Below are positions 10,507-24,649 of a stretch of DNA of 64,000 nt, piece by piece; the first letter of the stretch is position 1; each line of letters opens with the position of its first letter. The translations under genes and the position numbers were made by a program. Source of the stretch: Macrostomum lignano (lineage: Eukaryota); the NCBI GenBank assembly GCA_002269645.1, contig NIVC01002545.1:29104-93103 (forward strand), written 5' to 3'. A model generated the notes under the pieces. The model had not been told where the DNA came from. It saw only the letters and a program-made list of their open reading frames with translations, and searched no databases.

Positions 10507-13500
10507 CTAGGCCAGCGATATTGGACAGGCAAAGTCAGAGTGGGCTCCGGCACCAGATGTGGAGGCGCCACCGGCAGATTTGCGCTGATGAAGCGGCGCA
10601 GACTCTTGATCGCGAGTTGACTGCTGCTTAGGCAGAATCATCGAGTGCAGATTGGAAGCGCTGGTGACGGTCCTGCTGGCCAGTGAGTACTGGTCGTCAT
10701 CGATCATGCCCTGATAGGGGAAATTTTCCTCCCCTAAGTCGGCCAGATCTTTCGCCGAGCATCTGGGAAATCTGGGGATCTCCCTCGTGGCGTGGAATTT
10801 CTCGTAGTTGATCTGGTATTCGCCGTTGTCCTTCTGGTAGGTGATCAGGCGTTCGAACCTGTGACCCCAGCGAATCTCAGAGGGCAGGTAGCTGGAACGA
10901 GCCTGGAGAGGGGATCAAGGGGTAGTTGCTACGCTATCAATTGAAAAGTACAACTGAGCTGAAAAAACCCACAAGTTATAATCGTGATAGATTACTTCAA
11001 AATCTCACCCTGGATAATGGATACTCCAAAATCTCACCCTATAAGACTATAGATATTCCAAAATCTCACCCTAGATTATAGATACTCCAAAATCTCACCC
11101 TAGAAGACTATAGATACTTCAAAATCTCAAACTAGAAGACTATAGATACTCCAAAATCTCACTTTAGAAGTATATAGATATTCTAGAATCTCACCCTAGA
11201 AGACTATAGATACTCCAAAATCTCACTTTAGAAGTATATAGATACTCTAGAATCTCACCCTAGAAGACTATAGATACACCAAAATCTCACCCAGAAAGTT
11301 ACAGATACTCCCAAAATATCACTTTAGAAGACTATAGATACTCCAAAATCTCACCCTAGAAGATTATAGATACTCCAAAATCTCACCCTAGATTATAGAT
11401 ACTCCAAAATCTCACCCTAGAAGACTATAGATACTCCAAAATCTCACTTTAGAAGTCTATAGATACTCCAAAATCTCACCCTGGAAAACTATAGATACTC
11501 CAAAATCTCACCCTAGAAGACTATAGATACTCCAAAATCTCACCCTTGAAGACTATAGATACTCCAAAATCTCACTTTAGAAGACTATAGATACTCTAAA
11601 ACCTCACCCTAGAGGACTATAGACACTCCAAAATCTCACTTTAGAAGACTATATAGATTCTCTAAAACCTCACCAGAAGTCTATAGATACTCCAAAATCT
11701 CACCCTAGAAAACTATAAACACCAAAACCACAGCCGTACCTGAGTAGTCATCCCAGTGGACTCAATAATGCCCTCCAGTATGACAATTAGCTCGAATTGT
11801 TCGCTCAACAAATCGCCGCTAGAAATCTCCCAGAATGGCGAATCCTTCGTGATTTTATGCTCGACAATAATTGGCCAGACTAGGAACAGTCGATCGTAGC
11901 CCTCGCCGTAGCCTAAGTCAATGTCGAACTGCTCCAAAGGCAGCACTTCGCCCTCCCTTGTGATTCGTTTTTTAATTAATATTCCACGAACGTGAGCCTC
12001 TAGCAGTTGAGACTTGCGCATGTCGCCTACGCGAAACAGCAGCACCATCTGACCGTCCCGCTTGCAGATCACCGCGTTCTTGCTGAACATCAGCGTCTCG
12101 GCGCGCTTCTTGGGGCGCGACAGCTTGGCGAATACTAATCCAGTCATCAGGGCCTAAAGGGTAGGTGGGTACGGCGATGCAATGCTTATTAAAGTTTGCA
12201 ATGTACGTTGATAAATATTAAGTTTCATATGTATTTTATAGATTCATAAGTTCGACATGTACTTTATTAGATTCCTAAAGTTACACATGTGCTTTGCTAG
12301 ATTCCTAAAGTTCCACATGTACTTTGCTAGATTCTGAAAGTTCCACATGTACTTGGCTAGATTCCTAAAGTTTAACATGTTTTTGCTAGATTCCTAAAGT
12401 TCCACATGTACTTTGCTAGATTCTGAAAGTTCCACATGTACTTGGCTAGATTCCTAAAGTTTAACATGTTTTTGCTAGATTCCTAAAGTTCCACATGTAC
12501 TTTGCTAGATTCTGAAAGTTCCACATGTACTTGGCTAGATTCCTAAAGTTTAACATGTTTTTGCTAGATTCCTAAAGTTCCACATGTACTTTGCTAGATT
12601 CTGAAAGTTCCACAAGTACTTGGCTAGATTCCTAAAGTTTAACATGTTTTTGCTAGATTATTTAAGTTCCACATGTACTTTGCTAGATTCTGAAAGTTCC
12701 ACATGTACTTTGCTAGATTCTGAAAGTTCCACGTATACTTTGCTAGATTCTGAAAGTTCCACATGAACTTTGCCAGATTCTGAAAGTTCCACATGTTACT
12801 TTCCTATTTCTGCATTCCTGAAGTTCAAAATGAGTACTAAGCCTTACTCCGTCGACTCCTAAAATTCAAAATAGCACTTTAAAGAATTTTTTTCGAATTT
12901 TTTTTAAATTAAAACATTAATTTTTAGATCCTTAATCTCACAAAAGTCTCACCTGGATGATGACTCCAAAGCAGCTCTGCACCATCACCATGAGCACAGC
13001 CTCCGGGCACCTGTCTGACGGATACCGAAACCCGTAGCCAATCGTGTGCTGAGTCTCAATAGAGAACAGCAGGGCATCGGTGAATCCATTCACATTTTCA
13101 ACGCACGGTACAAAATTCTTCGGCTTTTTTTCGTCCAAATCGCCGTGCGAGAAGCAGATGAGCAACCAGAATAGGGAGAAAAACAACCAGCTGGCTATGA
13201 ACCCCACTGTGAACAACAGAAGCGCGTACCGCCATTTAATATCCACCAGAGTGGTGAAAATGTCTGCTAGGAATCTCCGCTTTCGTTTCTTGATGTTGTA
13301 GTGGGAGATGTTGCACTCGCCGTTCTTGAATACCAGGCGCTTGTACCTGCGGTCGGGTGCGGGTGCCCGATGTCAGCTGGCTGATGTCGAAAACACACAC
13401 ACACACACACACACATCACAGCTAAATAAACACACACATCAAAGCTAAATAAACACACACATCACAGCTAAATAAACACACACATCACAGCTAAATAAAC

Positions 13501-14536
13501 ACACACATCACAGCTAAATAAACACACATCACAGCTAAATAAACACACACACACATCACAGCTAAATAAACACACACATCAAAGCTAAATAAACACACAT
13601 CACAGCTAAATAAACACACACATCAAAGCTAAATAAACACACATCACAGCTAAATAAACACACACATCACAGCTAAATAAACACACACATCACAGCTAAA
13701 TAAACACACATCACAGCTAAATAAACACACACACACATCACAGCTAAATAAACACACACACACATCACAGCTAAATAAACACACACACACATCACAGCTA
13801 AATAAACACACACATCACAGCAAAATAAACACACACATCACAGCAAAATAAACACACACATCACAGCTAAATAAACACACACACACATCACATCAAAATA
13901 AACACACACATCACAGCAAAATAAACACACACATCACAGCAAAATAAACACACACATCACAGCAAAATAAACACACACATCACAGCTAAATAAACACACA
14001 TCACAGCTAAATAAACACACATCACAGCTAAATAAAAACACACATCACAGCAAAATAAACACACACATCACAGCAAAATAAACACACACACATTACAGCT
14101 AAATAAACACACATCACAGCTAAATAAAAACACACATTACAGCTAAATAAACACACACATCACAGCTAAATAAAAACACACATCACAGCTAAATAAACAC
14201 ACACACACATCACAGCTAAATAAACACACACATCACAGCAAAATAAACACACACATCACAGCTAAATAAACACACATCACTGCTGAATAAACACACGCAA
14301 ATCACAGCTAAATAAACACACCAAATTACAGCTAAATAAACACACACACACAAATCAGAGCTAAATAAACACACGCAAATCAAAGCTAAATAAACACACA
14401 CACACATCACAGCTAAATAAACACACATCACAGCTAAATAAACACACATGACAGGTGAATAAACACACGCAAATCACAGCTAAATAAACACACCAAATCA
14501 CAGCTAAATAAACACACACACAAATCAGAGCTAAAT

Positions 14537-14591
<55 letters not shown>

Positions 14592-15048
14592 AATCACACC
14601 CCAAAGTACATCGCGACCCCTTGATAAAGCTCACCTCCTTGTACTTTTAGCTTTCATATCGCGCCATGACTTGGTGCTGACAGCTAATCTGCGCCTGCTA
14701 GTAGCGGCAGCAGCGCCAGTATCTGCATTGCCAGCGGCTCTGCCAGCACCATCCATTGGCACTGAGTCGTTCTCGAGTCCGTCGGCAGACTTTCTGCGAA
14801 ACATGAACAGATTGTGGGCAAACTGACGCAAGCGGTTGTCGGCCTGAGAAGCTCCTGTCACAGTGTAGTGCGGCAGGTTTGGCAGCGGTTTCAAGTCGTC
14901 AGCCTTGGTGGAGGCGGCGGCGGCGGCGGCCGGTGGCGAGCCAGACGAGGCAACGGGCTGGACTGAGAATGCCCTGCCCCCTCCGCTGGGGGACCGCGTC
15001 GAGTCACTGCCACTGTTGGATTCGCGGTAGTGGGCGGTGCTGCTTAAA
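10507..15048 (-). CDS. KCNJ-like: Inward-rectifier potassium channel (Kir/Irk); exons 15048-14635, 13346-12953, 12153-11740, 10902-10507; start uncertain
   Basis: Spliced product contains RLVFKNGECN, DIFTTLVDIKWRY, filter ETQHTIGYG, FAKLSRPKKRAETLMFSKNAVI, EFELIVILEGIIESTGMTTQ|ARSSYLPSEIRWGHRF. Splice sites are GT-AG with consistent phases. Confidence 0.95.
10995..11715. repeat. ~32-bp minisatellite (AAAATCTCACCCTAGAAGACTATAGATACTCC) in a Kir intron
   Basis: Tandem copies; shares AATCTCACC with the 9730 array. Confidence 0.92.
12255..12800. repeat. ~30-bp minisatellite (TAGATTCCTAAAGTTCCACATGTACTTTGC) in a Kir intron
   Basis: Tandem copies with three alternating variants. Confidence 0.92.
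13392..14590. repeat. ~23-bp minisatellite (CACACATCACAGCTAAATAAACA) ending in (CA)n, in a Kir intron
   Basis: Tandem copies between the exon boundaries at 13346 and 14635. Confidence 0.93.
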
Positions 15049-15194
15049 CTGAATTTCTATTTATGATTATGAAAACGTTATCTTGTGGTTTAAATTAGCA
15101 TTCAAATGTGCATCCAAAGGAGGTGATTATTAAGAGTGTGAAAATGGATATTCGTGAGTGTAGAGCTCACGGGAGGACAGTGTAAGACACACAA

Positions 15195-15252
15195 GAAGAC
15201 AGATAGCCAGACACAGACAGACAGACAGACAGACAGACATATTCAGAAAACG

Positions 15253-15283
<31 letters not shown>

Positions 15284-15296
15284 TATTCAGAAAACG

Positions 15297-15327
<31 letters not shown>

Positions 15328-15340
15328 TATTCAGAAAACG

Positions 15341-15374
<34 letters not shown>

Positions 15375-15680
15375 AGTTTCAGAAAACGACAGACGGACGG
15401 ACAGACAGACAGACATATTCAGAAACGACAGACGGACAGACAGACAGACATATTCAGAAAACGACAGACGGACAGACAGACAGACAGACAGCCATATTCA
15501 GAAAACGACAGACGGACAGACACAGACAGACAGACAGACAGGCAGACAGACAGACAGACATACAAAAATACATAAAGCCATAAAGCCAGACAGGTAGGAA
15601 GACAAACAGACAGACAAAAATACATAAAGCCAGACACAGGTAGGGAGACAAACAGACAGACAGGAGCAGACAGGCAGACA
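15195..15680. repeat. GACA-based compound repeat
   Basis: (GACA)n interleaved with ATATTCAGAAAAC. Confidence 0.85.
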
Positions 15681-16238
15681 CAGCAAAGACAGAACAGCAG
15701 CAATACAACTTACAGTAAATCGCTAGTCACTCAGTAGGAATGCAACTTAAGGATTGCGTGCAATGCAAGAATAAATAGAGTCAAATTTGCTTTCCTTAGC
15801 TGAATTATTGCTAACAAATCTCCTAAAGGATGTTTTTCGAAACAGATATCAGTTACACTATAATTTATTTATAAAACATGCATACTGAGCTGTAAGAATA
15901 TCAGCTAATACTGTGTCACTCTAATAGGGATGCAACAGAACAGATTAGAACCAATAGGTACTAATTAATAAAATTTAAGGCTTGGAATTCAATTTAAATA
16001 GCTTTTAAGATGCTTTGATAATCTGCCCCAACACACAGGCACGTTGCATAGAAGCTTGACCCTGATGGCACCAATTATTAGCAAGACCAGGTGGTGTTCG
16101 AGGTAAATTTGCCATCAAGAGTTTATAAGAAGCTTACATAATATAAATTCAGTAATATCATTATTCAAGACTCTTTGATTCATACTTCTCAGTCTGTGTT
16201 ATCAGGAAAAACTTGCCGATGGCGCTGTGTGACTAGAA

Positions 16239-16270
<32 letters not shown>

Positions 16271-19200
16271 GGACAGACACAGACACACACACATAGATAG
16301 ACATGTCACAACATAAATGGACAGGCAAACAAACAAGAACCAAAAGAACTTGAAAACAAGCAGTAATACAGAAGGTTAGACAAAAAAAACTTCTGCAAGA
16401 GTAAGATACTTCAAGTCCAGTAAGAAACCATTAGAGCAAGTTCACAGAAACAGAAATGATAGAGCAATATCAAAGTCAAGCAATTATCTGTGTACTGCAA
16501 AATCTGAGGATGTGAAATACTGCGCATTGTTTTGAAGCAACAAGTTGAATAAAAGGACTTAGATTTTTTGACAGTGATGCATGCTTAGATCCAGGCCACA
16601 ATCTATGCCAATATGGCTAAGTTGAAAAACAGATTACTAACTGAGAAATTTTGGAAATTTTGAAAATTTTATACTTTTTTTAAAGACAATTTGATGACAA
16701 ATTGAAGACTTAATTAGTTTCAAGGTTTTAAGGTGTCAAGTTTCAATAAATTTGCCACTGAATTTTTTTTATGTAGGACTGAACAACTTATAATTTTGGT
16801 TTTGCTGTTTTCCTTATTACTTTAAAAATGCACTTTAAAAATTTTTTGCTTCGGAAAGTTAAAATAATAAGTATTTTTTATCACTCAGTGAATATATATA
16901 TAAGCAAAATGCAAAAATAAGTTAAATACTTCATATTTAATTAAAAATTGGTTTTTAGCATATCCATATTGAGCAGACTAGAAGATTGGAAACAATAATT
17001 CAGTGTGTTTGAAATTCTTAAACACCTTGGCAAATATCTCCTTTGATAAGCTGGCTTCACATTCTCCTTTGTTTGAGCAGCTGGTCTAAAACTGAGTAAT
17101 ACATTCATTATTAATGAAATTTCCAACAATAAAATAATCTAAAAATGATAAAAGAAGTAGAAATATAAGCTAGATAATAAATCTGATATAGAGCATACAA
17201 AAAGCAAGTCTTACTTACCTCATTATTGCTACTTTAGGTAGCAAAATTTAATTTTCTAGTTGAATTTGATGCTTAATGAAGTTTGCCAAGTGTCATCAAA
17301 ACATCTTGTTGTCAAAAAACACATGCATCAAAAGCAGTAAAAGCAATATTAATCAATTGAATTTTTACTTTCATTTAAAAGTTTTTAAGGCAAATTATAC
17401 ATGGTAAAACATAAAAACCAAAATATATAGAAATATAAAGATTATAGAATATGCATTGTTCTATATTTTTGGTACATATTCATTTACCAAAAATATTTGA
17501 TATACTAAAAAACAATTAATGGATATTCTATTACTATGAAATTCAAATTATCAGAAAGTATAATTTTTTTATGTTTTGGAAACATCAAAATAAAATCTTT
17601 TATTAACAATATGGCCTAGTCAAACTGCTACCCTACCAAAAGAGATGACTTTTTTATCTGAACTATAAGTTACCTCTTAAAGTCTAAATAAGACAATAGC
17701 TTTTCCTATTGCTAGGTATAAATATTATAAAATGACTTTTGATATGCTACATATGTATAGCATTTTGAGGTAGAGATAATTAAACTCAAATTAAATTTTA
17801 ATTTCTCAACCTTTTAGCCAATTAATATATAAATAGTGGGTTTCTAAATAGATATAAAGAAGTATATATATATAAAACTTTGACCAATTGTTTTTATTAA
17901 CATTAAAATTTATATAGCTAATGTACATAACAAACTGAGCAAATTACATGATTTGGCATGCCTGATGACTTATTTACCCTTTATCCCTTGGTCAACTACC
18001 CAATTCTGCTTGTTGCCAAATGTGCTGCCATTCAACCTAATTTGCTATACAAATTTTTAATATGAGGGTGGTTAGTAACTAAAATTGATTGAAATTTTTT
18101 ATATAAACTTAGGCTTAGGTAGATAAATTCTTGGACCTTGGTCTGTCAATATTTTTTATTTCATCACATCAGTGTTTACAATATTTCTAGATAAGAGTAG
18201 GGAGTCCAGTGAGCCTATTTTTAGCATGTGCAAAAATGAAAAATGGTGAAAAAGTGGTTTTCTATAAATGGCCGAATTTTTTTTAATATTTAAGATATGG
18301 CTACATTATTAAATTCATTGAAAAATAGACAAATAGATCTTTCAAACGACATATAGTTTACATGTTTAGGAATAGGACATATGATTACAAAGATATAGAC
18401 TATCAAACACCATGTACATTTTCATTCATTTTCAAAACTGTGCTGAATTTGCTTGAAAATATGGGGTTGGAAGGATTTTTTTAGAAAATAAGTGCATAAC
18501 TGCTAAGAATGCTTGCACACTAAGTGTAGGTAACTTCCTGGAGGTCATTTTAAGTGAACTTTTTTGTTCACAAATATGTACATATTTATGTACATGTAAA
18601 ATTTAAAATGGCCAAAACTTTTGAATGGAAAGAGTGGCCTGGCCACTCTAATTCTTTTTGCTACTTACTTCTAGTGACAAAATGAAACTTTTAGGCAAGA
18701 CAGGATGAGTGTAACTTTTGCCACAGTATGCTTAACAGAAATTGTCAAAATGCATGCAATTAAATCCTATGAGACATAAAAATTGGGAAACTTTTGAAGC
18801 TCAAAAGAATGGCCTGTTATATATAGTTTCTTCAATAAAATGATAGCAAAACAGGCCAAACTCTTTGTCCTAAAGGCACATCCAGATAGATTTTGTCACA
18901 CCAAAGTTATTAACCATAATTGGCCTAGATGTACATACAAATACACTACAGAGATAGGAAAATGCACATTGAAAGGTTGGACATTTGAAAAGAAGTCAGA
19001 TATGCAATTTTTTTTTCAAAAATGGATAGCAGAATTTATGATATACTTTATCTTTTATGCATTTCTCACTAATCCATCTTTTATTTGCAGATATTGCAGA
19101 TGCCAGACACGCTACACCTATATAGTATCTGCTATGAGCACTTGACATACTCATGTGCTGCTTTGTGCTGCTGTACAGTTGCCTCTATCATTTCAGCTGG

Positions 19201-19799
19201 ACCCAAAGATTGTGCACAGCTTCTTAAAGGCCTGCATTGGCATCCCTCTCCTCTTAAGGGGACCAAGCAATAGCAGCAGCAGAGAAATGTTGTCAAACTG
19301 GTGTGCTAGAAGTCAACTCTAGCACAGTTGCAGATGGGACCACTGCAGGAAAGATGAATGCCTGGTCCATATAGATGGCCTAGGCACTCTGCTTGCCAGC
19401 AGCTTCCTCATGCATGTTTGACCTCAACAGGTCCCGCACATTTCCTTCACTTTCATTACTGCCTCCCATAGCCATAGATTATAAAGCTATAAAGTATATC
19501 TGGTTCAGTGTTTGCAGACAGACTAAGACATTCTGCCAAGCTAATTAAAAGTACAAGCTGTTGAAACCCACGGATTTTGAACCCGGGGAACTCCATTCCC
19601 CGGAATTATTTTTGCATGTATTCTAAAATCTGAGGTAAAACTCAAACAAAAACTTGTTCCCTTGTTAATAGTTAGGAATAGGATAGAGTTAAACATAAAA
19701 TAGTGTACATTCATTTAAAATTAGGATTTGAGGCAAACATTGATATTGTTGGCTGGGGTGCTACGCAGAATGTTAGGCAAACTCTGGCCTCTACCTCTG

Positions 19800-20540
19800 C
19801 CTCTCCCTATGTCCTTTGCATCCTTTGAAACTTCTATCTTCTTTTCTGTTTCCTATCTTCTCTCTCATCTCTTCTCTTTCTCCCCTCTTATCTCTTCTTT
19901 CTTCTCTCCTCTCTTGTCTCTTCCCTCTCCCCTCTATTCTTTTCTCTCTCTCTTCTCCTCTCTTCGCTCTGGTCTCTGGTCTCTCATATTTCCTTTCTCA
20001 TGTTTTATCTTTTCTCATTTATCTCTGCTCTCTACTCTCTCTTTCCTCTGCTCTCTGCTCTCTCTTCCCTCACCTCTCTTCTCACTCCTTACTCTACCCT
20101 CTCTTAACACTTTCCTTATCTCTACTCTCTCCTTTTTCCTCTCTTCTCTCAACTCTTTCCTCTCCTCTGTCCACTCTCTCCTTTCATCTATCTGCTCTCT
20201 CCTATCCTATCTCTCATCTCTATCTTCTCTCTTCTCACTCATCTCCCCCTTTTTATCTCCTCTCCTCTATCCTTTCTAATCCCCCCTCTCGATACTCTCA
20301 TCTCCTCTTTGTTCTCTCATCTCACTCTTCTTTACTCTCCTCTCTCATCAATCCTCTGTCTCATCTCTCCCCTCTTCTCTCTCCATCTTCTCACCTCTAT
20401 TATATCCTCTCCCTTCTCTCTCCCCTCCTCTCGCTTCTTCGTCCCATATTCTCTGCTCTCTCCTCAACCTCCTTGTACGTCTCTCCTGTTATCTTCTATC
20501 TTTTCTTTTATCCTCTCTCGCCCCTCCTCCCTTTCTAATA
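19800..20540. repeat. Pyrimidine-rich (CT) low-complexity tract
   Basis: Almost exclusively C/T on the + strand. Confidence 0.85.
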
Positions 20541-20661
20541 GTCTATTCTTTTTCCTTTTCACTCTCATCTGGCCCGTAGCCATGAGCTAGATTCTTTATC
20601 TGGCCTTTGAGATAAAAATCTGCCGATCCCTGCTTCGAAAGCCAGTTTGTGGGACATAGTA

Positions 20662-21963
20662 TGAGGGGGGTTCAAAAAGTTTTTGTCGTTTGGCTATATC
20701 ACATAATATTTTAATGAAACTTTTTTCGTTTAGAATAGTACTTTTATATAGAGTGTATATGGCAAATGTTCAACCTTCTATCAGTTTTTGAAGTCACTTT
20801 TTCAGCAAGAACTCAAGGCATCCCCTGCATTTTCAGCAAAATGGAGAAACAGGAGTATTGAGCTCTCATTAATTTTTTTTACCTTAAAAGGATTAAAGCA
20901 ACTAGCGATCGAAGCAGAGATCAAGTCTGTGTACCCCGCAACTTGCCCATCTCTATGCACAATTGAGAGACACCATACTGAATTTAAGCGAGGCAGGGTG
21001 ACCCTCGAAGATGACCCCTGGAGTGGGTGCCCTGCTACCAGCGCCAACCAGGAGAAAGTTGATGCAGTTGCCAAGCTCCTGGATGAAGATTGGCGAATTT
21101 GAGTTGCCAGCATTGCACACACTGTTGGCATCTCAATTGGCTCAGTTGAGGAAATCCTGCACCAAATCCTTGGATACAACAAGGTCAGTGCCCGTTGGAT
21201 GCCCCAAATGCTTTCGTGGGACCACAAGCTGAATTGGGTGAACTCTAGCTGCTTCATGCTTGACCTGTACAACGCGGACCCAAATGGATTCGAGCAACAA
21301 ATCATAACAGGGGATGAGTGCTGGCTACACCACTACGACCCTGAGTCCAAGCATGACTCCATGGAGTGGCGGCGCCCAGGAGAAGATGCACCTCGCAAGT
21401 TCAAGCAAGTGAAGTTGGCTGACAAGGTCTTGGGCTGCTTCTTCTGGGATTGTCAGGGGATGCTGCTTGCTGAGTACCTGCCAGTTGGGCACACTGTGAC
21501 AGGTGTGCGGTACGCTGAACAGCTAGGCCAACTTCATCAAGCAGTTGTCAGGAAGAGGCGAGGCAAGTTGAGTGCTCGCCCCCTGCTGCTTCATGACAAC
21601 GCCCTTGCTCACACAGCCCAAGTTGCAGTGAATGCTGCCACCACTGCAGGATTCGAAATTCTGCCCCATCTTGCCTATTCACCAGACCTGGCCCCATTAG
21701 ATTTCTACTTGTTTTGCCAGCTGAAGAAGCCACTCCGAGGGTGCCATTTTAAGTCCAATGAGGAAGTCATTGCCCTCGTGAACCAGTGGCTGGAGGACCA
21801 GACGGCAACCTTCTACACCAGCGGCATCCAAGAGCTGTGTGACCATTGGCAGAAGTGTATTGATTGCCAAGGAGATTATGTTGAAAAATAATGTAGCCTT
21901 GTCCTAAAATTTTTTGTTTGAATGTACTATGTACAAACGACAGAACTTTTTGAACCCCCCTTG
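20662..21963 (+). mobile_element. Complete but degraded mariner (Tc1/mariner) DNA transposon, 1302 bp, TA target duplication
   Basis: ~30-bp TIRs at 20662-20692 and 21934-21963, TA at 20660-61 and 21964-65, with a transposase relic inside. Confidence 0.95.
20841..21891 (+). pseudogene. Mariner transposase pseudogene
   Basis: Begins MEKQEY*, frameshifts in the T run at about 20873-20880, has TGA at 21100, then IITGDECWLHHYDPE, LLHDNA and YSPDLAP.DFYLF motifs. Confidence 0.92.
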
Positions 21964-22539
21964 TACTATCATGGTTGTTATCATTTCTCATGCTTTAATC
22001 ACGTCATCTTTCTGGTCAATTAGCAGCCCTGAGAGAAATTTGTATATCCCCAGCTCTACCACCACAGTCTGCATCAGTCTAACAACCATGGAAATATGCA
22101 TTTCTTAGGAGGCCATTTAAATTTTGAAGTACCTTATGTGAATCTTAATGTTAAAATTTTCATGGTGTAATTAATTTAGCAGGATTGCATTGTAATCAGT
22201 TATTCATTAATTTTTTGATATTTTTTACAAACCATCCCATATTGCCTTGATTTGCCATCCTTGTTTAACTGCTGCAGACTTGTCTATTCAGAGGACAGTG
22301 GTTTGAAATTGAATCTCTCACTAAACTCTCTCCTCTCCATGCCTCTCCACTTGCGGGGGTACAGAGAAGGCTATAAAAAAGTTATTCCAAAACACTGTAC
22401 ATTCGCTATGTACATTGAGCTCTATTGCCTGACCCTTCGTCTAGACTGGGGGAATGAGTGAGTTAAGCGCCACAAACAACAGAAAAAGCAAACAAACTTC
22501 ACAAGCTTACAGTTTCTGTTCTGATTGAGTTACAGAGTT

Positions 22540-23092
22540 GAGACTTAACATTTAGACAAAGAATGAGTCAATGAAGAATTGTGTCAAGTTTGAAGTCAAT
22601 CGCTTCACGTGGAGCAAACTTATGGCAGCCATAAATGTAGTCAATTTTTGAACCCATTTTCCACATCTCACAAGATACGGGAAAGAGGCAGGCGGATGGA
22701 GGTTGGGGTGGCTATCTTGCTAAAAAAAACAGCCTAATTTTAAAAGTACACAGCGCCATACAGGATTAACTTGCAAATTCAAAATTTTACACAATTGTGT
22801 CAAAATAGTTTAAAATTGTCTGTGTCAAATTTGAACAGAATTGGTAGAAGTGGAGTGGCGCTATGGAGGATTAAGTGAAAAAATCGCAGATTTTGAGCAA
22901 TTTTTTTGTACTTTGAGGCAGGAAGACTTGAGTCTAGGAAATTTGAAGGTAGCCTAAGACATTCTCTGTAGTAAGTTTAGGGTGGGTGTAAAGTTTGGTG
23001 TAATTTGGTAGAGCAGTTTGGGAGTCCATAGCGATCAAAATTGTATACACACATAGACAGACAGACAGTTTTGATTTTTATATATAGAGATA
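22540..23092 (+). mobile_element. Decayed non-autonomous interspersed repeat resembling Helitron/Helentron-derived (HINE-like) elements
   Basis: Recurring AAGTTTG/AAATTTG...AATTGG motifs ending in ACAGACAGACAG...TTTTATATATAGAGA; resemblance recalled from memory only. Confidence 0.3.
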
Positions 23093-24649
23093 TTTAAAGC
23101 ACTAAACTATACTAGCTAAGTAAAAGCTGAGCTGACTAAAAAGGTTCTCAGTCAATTTGGCTAATTGCAGATAAAGTGGATGGGGATGAAAACGGGAGCA
23201 GACGAATCAATTGTCATACTCTCATTTATGTACATGTATATATACAATGTAATCACATTGTATATTGCCCTTAATATTGTTAGATTGGCTACGAGCGAGT
23301 CACCAATGTAATACTCTATTGCCAAACTAGTGTCTTGTCCTAGCAAACTATTGCACAGTTGGCGACTCCAGTCTCCAGCTGCCTAGCCATGTCATTCAAG
23401 CTAATTCATACCGTCTGCAGCTGGTGCAGATGCTACTGACGTTGCAGGCACTGTAATATTGGAGACAAAAGGCATACACTCATGTTTTGTTGACTGCTTG
23501 CTGGCTGATGCAGCCAACGCCCTAGACACTACTGATAGTGTAACCTACATTTGTGTCAAGGCCCTAAAACCCACCCAATAACATTGTCTCAACCATGCCT
23601 GACTGGCTTGACTATATAATATTATACATCATATATTTCATATATTATGATAATATTTTGATTTTTATAGGTATAGATATATAACAGTATATAGTACAAA
23701 AATAATAAAAAACGTTATGGTAACAAAAATCTTTAAAATAGGCCCTAATACCTAAAACACTAAAATTGGTTATGAAATAAAAAATTACAGACATTTTATT
23801 GCAAAAAACATGCTTTTTGCCCAAAAATGGCACAGTTTTTAGTGTATTTGAGATAGGCCTAAGAAAAAACACTTTTTTTAAATGAAAAATGTCATGACAT
23901 TTTTATTATGTGATCAGTTTTTAAAAGTTTAGTGTCATTTTACTCATAACATCTAGGGCTTCAACATGGCATGGTTAAAAAATTGAATTTAGATCATTTT
24001 TCTCACTGGACCCCCTAATTAATAGGAGTTGGCCTATCAAACTTCTAACACAAATTAGGCCTGCTAATTATAGGCTTATAATTAAACCTAATTTTATATG
24101 TAATATTCTGCCATTTTTACTACTAGTAAGGTAACAAGAAAATGCTGGCATTGCCATTTGCATAATGTAGGCCTATTCCTATATTTTAGGCTATGTTAAT
24201 GTAGAACTGTAGAAGATAAACAGCCAGTGCAGTGTGCTATGCATATATTGGTCTTGGATAAGACATTAATTAGGCCTATTGCTATCAATATCAATTCATA
24301 TAGGCCTATCTACCAATAAAAATCAAAACTCTGTACTATAGGGCAAAATTCCACTTGGCATCAAGTCCTGATTGTTAGCTGTCAAAATCCAAAGTTGATT
24401 CTGAAGCTGGTAGGCCCTACTCTCTCCCTCTATCTGTACCTTTCGCTGTCTAGTAGTAGTAGTAGTAAGTTTGGCTATGGCAAAAAAGCCCATTTAGCCA
24501 GTATAATTCAATGTATTTAGGGCCTAATAATAGTTCAAGAGGACTAGAGGAGGCTAGGGAGGCCAGGAGGGCACATTTAGTATAGTGAGTTAATTAATTA
24601 GATAAAATATGTGCCTAGGCCCTAGTATTTGAAATTGTGGCTAAAATTT

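Larger units (their letters stand above)
18200..24015. mobile_element. Possible ancient TIR element bounded by GGGRGTCCAGTGAG inverted termini
   Basis: 18198-18213 matches the reverse complement of 24002-24017 at 15/16 nt, with TA on both flanks; no transposase recognised inside. Confidence 0.3.

Noticed and set aside
19728-20590. Leu/Ser-rich ORFs resembling membrane proteins (also 52334-52885)
   Set aside because: Translations of CT-rich low-complexity DNA.
23410-23480. Minus-strand MPFVSNITVP... with a GTATGA donor as the Kir first exon
   Set aside because: Its phase 1 donor does not match the phase 2 acceptor at 15049 or the phase 0 candidate micro-exon 16232-16186; unsupported.
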